A stretch of DNA of 63,484 nt, filler included, from Saprolegnia diclina VS20 (lineage: Eukaryota), in the NCBI RefSeq assembly GCF_000281045.1. It is 5 parts of 2 records of this genome, joined end to end, with 100 filler letters (N's around TTAATTAATTAA, not from the genome) between each part and the next. Parts side by side here need not be neighbours in the genome. Positions count along the whole stretch, not along the records: positions 1 to 19,498 come from NW_008246076.1; 4 more parts are not named here. One strand, given 5' to 3'. The notes below the pieces were generated by a model. That model saw nothing but the letters and a program-made list of their open reading frames with translations. It was not told the DNA's origin and made no database searches. The position numbers and the translations under genes were made by a program. Positions 1 through 10,067 of the stretch are shown here, in pieces; within the stretch, counting starts at the first letter, position 1, and each line of letters opens with the position of its first letter.

Positions 1-116
1 CGAGTGCAGTGCTTTCGGCGGCCGACGGGCCAACCCACGTGCTTTTATGTGCGCCGTTCAGCTGCGCCGTGGACGGCCTCGTAGCGGGTCTTCTCATGGA
101 CGGAATCTTGGGCCGT

Positions 117-182
117 CACGACTTCTTGCGCGCGTTCCCGTCCAAGACGTTTTACGATGGCATCTTCTCGGATGGTCCATGA
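117..182 (+). pseudogene. Orphan fragment of a Sen1/Upf1-family helicase (HDFLRAFPSKTFYDGIFSDGP*)
   Basis: 123-179 matches 27554-27610 of the Sen1 gene in this window at 46/57 nt and 15/19 aa. It is followed immediately by TGA and has no recognisable flanking helicase exons. Confidence 0.7.
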
Positions 183-290
183 CGTCGATCCGTCAGACGG
201 TGCGCCAGGATATACATACATTGTGGTCCTCGTGCATATGGTGTAGACTGAACCCCACGGCTGCGATGCTGTCGTATAATCTCAAGCTGC

Positions 291-432
291 CGCGATCGCC
301 CGCGTCCCACGGCATCTCCAAGCCGCCTCCTTGAACTGCGACCACTGACGATTACAGAACGCACACGAGTGTCGTCTTGGGTCGTCGAGCAAGCAGCCGA
401 CTTGAAGAGACCGTGCGACGCGGGCGATCGCG
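291..432. repeat. Imperfect palindrome: 61-bp arms (291-351 / 372-432) with a 20-nt loop
   Basis: The reverse complement of 372-432 matches 291-351 at 47/61 positions, with 19/20 identical at the outer ends (cgcgatcgcccgcgtc). Confidence 0.75.
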
Positions 433-855
433 ATGGACTCGTGAAGCGACGTCGACAGCCTCCAACTCGATGCAAGAGCGCTATCTTGGACGCTGTCATC
501 CGTGCTCGGTGTTTGATCTCCCATTTTCATCGGCTCGCATAAGGCTTGGCAGTCGTCCATTCTTCTAGTATGCATAGTTCACTTGTGATGCCAACGACTG
601 CGTCATTATAAATCTGCTAAAGGCAAAAGTCGTTGCCAATGCTTGCACAAAATACTATACTTGTACATACCGAGCTGCTTCATCCAGTCTCTTGGTTGAT
701 GCAAGTGTCCACCGCGTTCGCCCTCGAGTGGCCTCTCGGACGCTGTCTTTCAAGGAGAAAAAGCTCCATCTTGCAATCTCAATCCCGAAATCTCAATCTC
801 AAAATCTCCATCTCGTCTCTCAATCGACATGTCGTACGACTCATGCGAATGCTTC
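353..855 (+). repeat. ~500-bp repeat, copy A (inverted relative to copy B at 18994-19498)
   Basis: Colinear with the reverse complement of 18994-19498 at roughly 90-95% identity by eye. The ORF track gives near-identical peptides at both loci. Includes a degenerate (AATCTC)n tract near 774-825. Confidence 0.95.
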
Positions 856-1160
856 ACCCTGGGTGACCAGGGGTCCTATACGAATGCACACAATGTCTAT
901 CATGACGCGGATAAACTTGATTCGTCGTCCGACTTGTCGAGTTTGAATTTCCATCCTGGCGAGACGAATGCACAGGAGATACATAGCAGCAGCGTCCTTC
1001 TCCTTGCGTGTCAGCCCTCACACGGACAGCGACCGACTGGGATGACCGCAAGAGAGCGTCACACCGACGCCGCCATGGCCTTTGTGGATTCGTTTTGGGC
1101 ACAGAACAATACAGAAAAGCTGCATATTGGAACGTGCTCATATGCATCAAGTTGCATATC

Positions 1161-3066
1161 TCATGACTCGTTCTTCAAGGTCGTCAAGTCGACGCTGGTG
1201 CTGGTCGTCGGTAGCGTCGCCCACGCATCGACTTCATTTTGAACAAACGCGTCGATCTCTGGTCGCAGTTGCAGCCATGCATCTGCCGAGAGTAGTTGAG
1301 GTGCCGTTGCACTCGGACGCTACGCATATACATCATGAGCTAAGGCAAGGACACCGATCTACCTTGGACGAGTGCTCGCTGTACTTGGCGATGGCGCACT
1401 GCGCTTGCGCAGGGATATCAATGCGAGCCAAGAACGGACTAAGGTTGGCGTCAAGAAGCCCGGGCAGCACTGCCTCGTAGCGCACACATGCCGGCGCAAT
1501 ACTAAACAACCTAATGACGATATGCGACCGGACGTTCACGAAGGAGGACATACCGAATGCAAAACGCGTGGAGCTCCGGGTGGGACTCGGAGAGGAACGC
1601 GTAGTACGACCCGACGTCTTCAGCGTACAGCGATTTTGTCGCGCTATCAAACGGAAACTGGCCGCGCCGGAGCTCCAGCACATGGGTCACGACTGCGTTC
1701 GCATCCAGGTGCCACTGCAGAGCGTAGTGGCGAACCGCCGCACCCACGTAAAGCCAATGTTCGAAAAGGTCCACCTACACCCACCCCGTCAGCTCCTTTG
1801 CAAGGGTACCGTGCGTACGTCAGTCGCTGTGTGCAGCGCGTACGCAACGAGCCACAGGCGGCCGTCGCATTTGGAGAGAATCGACGGCAGCAGCAGCGAG
1901 GACGGCAGCGCGCGGGTGAGGTCCAAGTAGACAAGCAGCGCGTCGCGGCCCGACAAACCACCGGGCGCCTCGAGTCGGGCATACGCAATGTCGAGGGTCG
2001 ACCACGCAGCACTTGCGTCGCTCTCGTGCGCCGCCATGGCCCGCCAACTCTTGGCGACGGGGTGCCTCGGCCCGCCCGAATCCAGAAAGGTCGTCGCCGA
2101 TACAAGTCGCAGGAGGGCGCGCGTGCAATAGAGTACCGTGCACTGCGGCAGCGTGGCAGACGCTGCTTCGAGCAGCAGCGCCGAGTCGACAAGAATGACC
2201 ACGAGCGGTGGACTGGAGGCGACGACCTACGCAAAGCGTCAACGAGCGATCGAAGTGGAATGACGCACGCTCGTCAGATGTGCAATGCACGCATCAAGTG
2301 TCGGCGCGATCGATGCAAAGGAGAGCGTCGTGCAGCTGTGGAGGTACTGAAGCGTGCACGCAATCGTAAACTCGCGCGAGCAGAGCGACGTCCAGGACGC
2401 GACCGAGAGGGATGCGAAGGGCATGCTTGGTGCGTCCTCGACTTTGTGGCGCAAGCAGCGATCGTAGAGCACATCTGGTGACGGCACATCGATTGCTAGT
2501 AGCTTCGACACGTCTGGGTTCCAAGCCCACGCCCACGGCACGTCGCCACTAAGGGCAACCTACGCGATGTCGTCCGAGATGCCACGAGCGTGTCGCTGTA
2601 CCTGCACCAATGCGTCGTCTGGAGGGAGCACATTGGCCGCCGATCGCTTTTCATTTGCGATGGGCGGTGCGCTGGGCCGCTCGGGGCCGTCGCTAAGCAA
2701 GAGGTCGAGCAGCGGCTGCGGGGGCACCATGCCTTCGGGCTCGGGAGTGCGCCGGCGTTTGCGGCTCGGACCCGCGGCATGCTCGTCGACCATCGAACGA
2801 ACTTGATTTCGCGTCGACGTGGGGCAATAGATGCAGATGCTAAGGTGGCGGAGCATCTTGGTCGGGACGCCGCGAATGGCCTCAATGCTGAGCGGGCCTG
2901 CCGCAGGGTTGGCCGGCGCTGCCAGCGCCTGCGCCTGGGCGTCCGAGCAGTAGCGGCAGTAAACGTGGTGATGGGACCCGTTGCGCTTCTCGCCCTTGAT
3001 GAAGTGGGCCCAGACCGCGTGCGGAGGGCGACCCGTCTTGGGCCGGTGCGTCACCGCCGGTGCCAT
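1161..3066 (-). CDS. BED zinc-finger protein with hAT-transposase-like C-terminus (probably domesticated); multi-exon
   Basis: The N-terminus GRPPHAVWAHF...YCRYC...MLRHLSICIYC is a BED finger. The late exon FPFD...VGSYYAFLSESHPELHAFCIRLFSI resembles the hAT C-terminal dimerisation region. Short GT-AG introns; ends ...LTTLKNES*. Confidence 0.7.
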
Positions 3067-3104
3067 GTTGCTGCTGGCAGTCGTCCTGCACGGCAATGGC
3101 GCTG

Positions 3105-3546
3105 GATTGGGTAACACGCACAACATTTCGGCCAATCAGCGTGATTCATTTTTGCCCAATCAAAGCGCAGTAGTCTCGTATCCCATCTTGGATTGGCTAC
3201 AAACATGCACTTTTGTCCAATCACATTATTATGATTATGCTTTAATAGTGTGATATTCGTTGCTTGAATGCAGGGAGCAACATTTCACAACGATCAGTTT
3301 TGAACGAAGCAAGCGATTTACACAATGCACGTGCTTCGCTACACATAGCTTCATGCACATTAGCACGCACACAAAGCTTGCCAAGCTGGGATGATTCGCA
3401 TCAGTGCCATGAAATAGTGTGATGGATTCATGGGCACCTGACTTGGGGCCAATCGCAAGGCGATGTTTCGTCCTATTTTAGCGAATCAAACGAGGCAGTC
3501 AATATTTCCACCAATCGCGACAACGCGTGCATAATTTCAGCCAATC
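3105..3546. promoter_or_regulatory. Bidirectional promoter region with clustered CCAAT boxes
   Basis: About eight CCAATC/GATTGG motifs lie between the divergent BED-finger and cysteine protease start codons. Confidence 0.55.
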
Positions 3547-3628
3547 GTATGCTCGGGGCAGCGCTTCTCGTTTCTTGCCCCAGATCTTCTCCATTTCGAA
3601 ATCCTTCGGCCATCTTCGCATCAGCAGC

Positions 3629-5661
3629 ATGGGCCGCGGCAGCAAGTCGACCAAGAAGCATGGGAAGGAGAGCCTCGTGGGCACGGAGCAGCATGAGCGG
3701 CTCCTTGACGAGGCCACGTACCGGGAGATGGACCTGCCCCTCGAGCCGGGCTTCCACCGGTCGCCGCAGCAGAAGAAGCAGACGGTGTGGTGCTCGTTCA
3801 TCTGGGTCGGTATCGGCCTCGTCGTCGTCGTCGGCGCCTTCGCGATCCTCAAGGTCTCGCGCCAGAGCGACGAGCTTCCGACGAAGAAGCCAATCTTCCC
3901 GACCCAGTACGAGGCCAGCCTCACGTTCCGCATGCCATACGTCGGCCTCGTCGAGCCCGTCTTTGTGCATGTCGACGAGCCCGCGGGCTTGCAAAAGCTC
4001 AGCTACTATGGCGGTAAGCGAAAAAGGATCGTGGTCAGTAAGCTCATGGTTCCCGGTAGGCGTCGACGAGTACATCTTCAACACGACCGGCCCGTCGTAC
4101 CAGCTGCTGCCCGTCATTGACGCGATACAGTGCTTCCAGACGGACGCGTCGCCGCTCCAGCTCGTATTCCCTAACATGACGGCGTTCGAGCCCATGTACG
4201 GCAAGTCGGTGATCAACTCGCGCAACTGCTACTCGTGGAAGTTCAGCGTCGACTCGAAGCCCGACGCGCAAGGCCGCCTTGGCGTCTACACGCTCTACGT
4301 CGACGTCGACACGAACGAACCCGTTCGGTTCCACTACATTGGCCACAACGTCATGCTTGGTGGCAGCCACATGGACGAATACATCCTCGACTACGAGTAC
4401 ATCCGCGCAGGCCCCATCGCGCCGCAGATCTTCTCGTACCGCGTCGCGTCCATGAATTGCACGCCGATGGGCCCGGACGTTGTCGACGCGCCGCTGCGCC
4501 CAACAAACGACGTACGTTTACGCTTTTATCTCCATGCACTCATAGCATCCGACTAGTTTCACTTGCGCATGCCGGATGGCGAGACAAAGCGCGCGGACGC
4601 GTTCGACGCGTTCATGGCCGCCCACGAGAAGGCGTATCTCGATGACTCGGAGCGTGCGCGCCGCGAGAGCATCTTCCACGCCAACGTCCAGTACATCAAC
4701 GCGATGAACCGCCAAGGCAACAGCTACACGCTAGCCGTCAACCACTTGGCGGACAAGACGCCCGACGAGATGCGTCGCCACTTCCATGCCAAGGCGCACC
4801 ACGCCAAGGACAATGGTGCACAAGCCGTGCATACCCTGTCGAGCACATCACTGCCCGAGGAGTTTGATTGGCGCAACCACGGCGGCGTCACGCCGGTCAA
4901 GGACCAGGGCCACTGCGGCTCGTGTTGGACGTTTGGGTATGTTGTCTGTTCTAGTAGAATGGGCGTTTATGTCCAATGTAGGACGACGGGGGCGCTTGAA
5001 GGGCAGCTCTTCAAGGCCAAGAACGAAACGATCCGTCTCTCCCAGCAGAACCTCATCGATTGCTCGTGGGACGAAGGCAACAATGCGTGCAACGGTGGTC
5101 TCGACTACCAAGCCTACCGCTGGATCATCAAGCACGGCGGTACATATGTGTGCGCGAGAAACGCGAGGCTCATTGTGAAGTAGGCTTGGAGACCGAAGCC
5201 ACGTATGGCAGCTACAAGAACCAGCCAGGGTTTTGCCACTTTAACGCGTCCCGTGCCGTGGCTCCGGTCGCGTCATTCGTGAACGTCTCGGGCATCCCGG
5301 CGCTCAACGACGCCCTTGTCAACGTCGGGCCGCTCTCCGTGTCGATCGACGCGGCGCTGCCGTCCTTTTACTTCTACGCTGGCGGCTACTACAACGACAT
5401 TGAGTGCAAGAGCGGCCTCGACGACCTCGACCACTCGGTGCTGGCGGTCGGCTACACGACGTACAATGGCGAAAAGTACACGCTCGTACGTTCCTGTCGA
5501 CCTTCTTTCCTTCGTGGCGCTCACTTGGCTGGGCGTAGGTCAAGAACTCGTGGAGCACGCATTGGGGCGAGAAGGGCTACATCAAGATTGCCCAGAAGAA
5601 CAACATTTGCGGCGTCGCGACCATCGCAACCTACCCCGTGCTGCAGAAGACGGCAGCGTGA
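3629..5661 (+). CDS. Papain-family (C1A) cysteine protease with I29 prodomain, N-terminal TM anchor and long N-extension (26/29-kDa proteinase/CfaD-like)
   Basis: Catalytic motifs [10 protein letters not shown] (Cys), [10 protein letters not shown] (His) and KNSW (Asn) are present. Prodomain ER..IF..N...I and AVNHLAD. Hydrophobic [21 protein letters not shown] lies after ~55 polar residues. Short introns. Confidence 0.93.
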
Positions 5662-5926
5662 GCCACTGCTGTCGCTCATTTTTAGTGTATTTCTCAGTCG
5701 ATGCAAATGTGATGCTCTCGTGCTCTCTACAGCAATGGCTCGGGCATGGATGCATGACAACTTAGTCACACCTCGACTGCAAGAGTTGTGGCAACAGCGC
5801 TAAAGTGAGTAGCTCGTACGGAGCTGAAGTAAAGTGACTCGCCATGTTGCATCGCCCATGATGGAGCCCCGTCTAGCGATTTGGTTGTCTATTTTTGAAA
5901 CCTCCGTGGCATTGACTGACGGCAAG

Positions 5927-7559
5927 ATGCACTCAGCGCTGGTCTTGGTCTCGTTGGCACTCGCCTCGGCGACACGCCCGCTTGGTGCGCACCCTTTGCC
6001 ATCTTCAAGGAGCTCACTTGCGGGTCCTGCACTAGTCCGCATCCCACTCGTGAACCTCGACCAGCTCCAATTCTACGGCAGCATCGAAATCGGGTCGCCA
6101 CCGCAGTCCTTCCGCGTTATCTTTGACACGGGCTCGAGGTTGCGTTCGTAGCTCAAGTCGCTGGTCTGATCATGCACCAACTAGTGATGTGTGGGTGCCC
6201 AGCCACGACTGCACCGCGTGCTCGGGAGTCGCTCGCTACAACCGGTCGGCGTCGTCCACGTACCTTCATCGCCTCGCGCCGATCGTGCTTGACACTCGTG
6301 TAGCTATGCCGATGAGATGTATCGCTTCCAAGCCTATTACGGCAGCGGCGCGGTCGCTGGTGACGTCGCCTCGGATGCCATTGCCTTGCCGGGAGCGTCA
6401 TCGGCCTCTTTTGTGCGCATGGGGAGCGTCACGGCGCAAGATGCAACCATTCAGAAGTTTGCCTCGGAAGGCATTGTCGGTCTCGGCTTTCCCGCGCTCG
6501 CTTCGATCTCGGCGCCAACGTTCTTGGAAGCCCTTGATATTGCGATCTTCTCGCTGTACATTAGCCCACTTCCAACGTCTCCGGTCCCGTCGCAGCTGCT
6601 TTTGCATGGTAGACAGACTGAATTGAGCTCTAGCTTTATGCCTCACATTAGGCGTCGACGACAGCCTCGCCGGTCCGAACGCGACGTGGCACACGATCCC
6701 GTTGGTCGACGCACCGTTGACAGGTACACGCCTGCACGACGTTCCGACGCAAAGCACGGGGTAGAGGGGTTTTGGGCCGTCCGATTCGGCGGTCTTCGAG
6801 TGCACGACGCGTCTCTTCAACGTACGACTCGACATCCTCGAAAATTAGAAGACAAGTTGTGCACAGGCGCCGCCACCGTCGCGATTCTCGACTCTGGCAC
6901 ATCGCTCCTCTTGCTGCCGCACATTGAGTACGCGTCCGTGGTCGCTCGCCTATGTACTGTTGTCCCAGCCCTCGATGGCTGCGATGGCGGTCCTGTGTCG
7001 TGCTCATCGTGTGACCACACGTCGTTTCCACCGCTGACGTTTGTCCTTGGCAGCACGGGCTTTACACTCCAAGGCTCCGACTATGTTCGGTAGGGTCTTT
7101 CCTGGCGTGTTGAGCTCCATGAAGCGACGTAGGTGCGAACTCAACGTGTGCACCCCGCAGATCGAGACGAGCACCAACTCGTTTGTCGTCCTCGGTGATA
7201 TCTTTTTTCGGGTACGTGGATCAATGTGAGCAACGACCTCGAGCGACTTGATCGTGTAGGCGTACTACACAGCCTTTGATGTTACGAATCGAAGTGTTCG
7301 ACTCGCTTGTCCAGCAAGCGGGTGCCACGGCGGCCAGCGACCGCCGCTGCTGCTCTCGCCTTTTGTACGTGCTGCGAGTTGATGGCACTTGACATGCTAA
7401 CGATGCCTTCAGTTGTCCTGGGTGCTCTACGCCTCGATGCTGTACACCAAGGCCTTTGGCCTCGCGCTCAGCGTCGTGGGCGCCAAGTGGGTTCTCGACC
7501 GCTCGCTTCTTATGCGCACCAAGCAGCCATCACCAGCGCTTCTCAGTGGCATCGTGTAG
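5927..7559 (+). CDS. Pepsin-family (A1) aspartic protease with signal peptide and C-terminal hydrophobic segment; multi-exon
   Basis: Signal-like MHSALVLVSLALASA; FYGSIEIGSPPQSFRVIFDTGS and AILDSGTS catalytic motifs; flap YGSG; GIVGLGF; VLGDIFFR. The 3' end is predicted from splice signals. Confidence 0.9.
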
Positions 7560-8076
7560 GCAATAGGATATTTTGAATAAGAGCAATCGTTTTTGGTATG
7601 CTGACGATGGGAGACGTCCCTTCCCACCTAGAAGGCAGGCCATCGACGCTGCAACAGGGTTTTCGAGGGTCAAAAAGGTGGCGCTTGGTGGTGTCCCAAC
7701 GGCTCTTGCGGGACTTTGGTAAGAGCACGCTCGTTGCGTTGAGCTTGTGATAATGCATTTTGACCCTGGACTTCGACGCTGCATCTACTAGTCTACAAAT
7801 GACACCCGACCAGGCGACGCGAGCGCGGTCGTCCGCACTGCGCGCCATCCATTCTTTTGTCGATGGCAGACGTCATGCCCAGCATCACATCCAGCTCTGA
7901 TGCATGATCCAGACACAAACCACACTGGACATTTTACATCAACGTGAGCCTGGCGCGGTGAACCTCAGTGGCACCCAGTGGTTGGCACCATGAGAGAGAA
8001 GACGATGTTTGTTGATAGTATGAGGCACGATACATTTCGTAGTCGGAGATTAAATATGAAGGGGCGCATCAACGAT

Positions 8077-8265
8077 TTACTTGGACGCGAGCGGGAACTG
8101 GTGTGCGTTGGCCCAGTTGGCAGCCTTGTGGGCGCGCGCGCTGTTGCAGCGGCTCATGTCCGAGGGCACGCGGGCGCCGCGGACCGAGACTTGGGGCGCG
8201 GCCATGAACATTTCGAGGACCATTTGCGCGTAGGACTTGGATTCTTGCGTCGACGACTTGACCAT
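8077..8265 (-). CDS. Small hypothetical protein, 62 aa (MVKSSTQESKSYAQMVLEMF...HQFPLASK)
   Basis: Intronless ORF with GC3-rich codon usage like neighbouring genes, CAAGATG start context and CCAAT boxes just upstream. No family recognised. Confidence 0.55.
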   Translation of the reverse strand: MVKSSTQESKSYAQMVLEMFMAAPQVSVRGARVPSDMSRCNSARAHKAANWANAHQFPLASK

Positions 8266-10067
8266 CTTGGTAGTTGGTAGCTTTTTCAACAATACGCTCT
8301 CAACCAAGAAGATCGAGCTTTGGTTGCACCTTTTGGTGGGGCCAATCACATCGCAGATTTGGTCTGACGCAGCATTTGCCGCGATTGGATTGGTGGACCC
8401 ACTTTCTGCGCCACTGCCAGCGGACCAATCACGATGAAGTGCAAGATGCGACGGAGTGCCGAAGTCCAAGTTCGATCGCCGAACAAACGACGCCGTCCTC
8501 GCGATCCCTCGAACAAGCAAACCCGCGCGTCGAGAGGAATAGCATCGAGTTGACCTGAATCTGGACGATGCGAGACTAAGATCTAGATCTGGTGATGGCG
8601 GCGTTGGTGGCTGCACCTGAAGCTGAAAGCCGCATCGTCGTCGAACGCAAGGTGGTCGGTTACTCTGTCTTCTCGTCCCTGATTCTTGGCTACCACGGGT
8701 ACGTTGGTTGAAGTTGGCGCTGCACAGCCGCCGTCTCTTCGCGTTGCATTTCATGCGCCGCGGCTATGCGGGTCAATGACGTCGGTTGCGAAGGTGGCTT
8801 GCCGAGACACGGTGCCTCCAGGGACCACAGAATCCCAAATCCAACCACAAAATGCTTCGACAATTCAGGTTCTTATTGGTCAGACGATGTCTTCGCCGAC
8901 GTCGCGACATCCTGATTTGAAGGGACACGTGCAGCCACAGGCCAACGCGAGTGTTTATTTTCGTGGGCTCGACGGACAGCAATGTGAACTACACACCGTT
9001 TGCAGCCGAACGTTTGCGTCTTCTCTGTCGCTCATATTGTTCTGGCGCCAAGGACGCGCATTGCTTGCAGTTGAAGTTGGTCGGTTGTTCTCGCGAAGCG
9101 GAAGCAAAGCAAGAGAGGCCAGTGAGAACATCGATTTTGGGATTGGGCTCACTGAGCTCCTGCATACTAGTACCAAGGGTCGATGAACACTGTTTCTTGA
9201 CCCTTGCTAGTACTCAGACAGAATGTGAACGCGTGTCCTAACTGCTTCCTACGCACTGGAATGCACACACCTAAAGAAGAACCAGCTGTGATTCAAACTC
9301 GACGTCGTCGAGTTGACAAGAGCCTAGGCCATAAACTTACGTCAGTTTATGGCCTTGCTAGAACCAACAAAACAGTACCAAACTTTGTCCTTCGCGAGTG
9401 GATCCAAAAATCGGACCGTCCTGCACTGTGCCATTCCAGGCGGGCTTGTGACAAAATTGGTATGCAGAGAACGCAATGTTCTCAGAGCTTGCTACGTCAC
9501 TCACACAATACTATCAAGGCCATTAACTGTACCGGTAGATTTATGGCCTTGGTACTTTGTACACCTTCGATGGCTTCGCACGGACGACAGACGCTAGCAG
9601 TCATGTTGCAGTGAACGCGCCACGCTGACCGCACGTTTCGCTTACAAACCCACCACCCATCCTCGCCAAGCAACCGCTTCACACCTGCACAGTACAGACA
9701 GCATGAAGACTTATCAGTGTAGTCGAAATCGTTCACATGTACACGCCTAACCTCTACTAGTATCAAGCATACGCGCCTTGAGCCTTGACGCTCTTTAGTC
9801 GATGTCTAGTCGAGATTGCCCTTTCGAGTGGCGCCGTGTATCAAGCTCCCATCAAGTACGCCCAATCAGATCGTACTTATCGGGCAATTCGCCGTCGTTT
9901 TCCAAAGCTCCTGCTCAAGATACCGCACTTCCGAGGGATCCATACAAGTAACACGTTCAGAATCCTCTAAAGTGCGCAACGTCAATGACGAGGTGTGGGG
10001 ACTTCCTCGCACTTACGGGGTGGCCAAGCTGACGGCTGATTTACAAACCGGCGACGAGAGACCGAAG

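Noticed and set aside
8400..10000. ORFs in the intergenic region upstream of myosin (likewise 29400-30400, 48300-49600, 58458-59170)
   Set aside because: No codon bias, motifs or coherent splice structure recognisable by eye.
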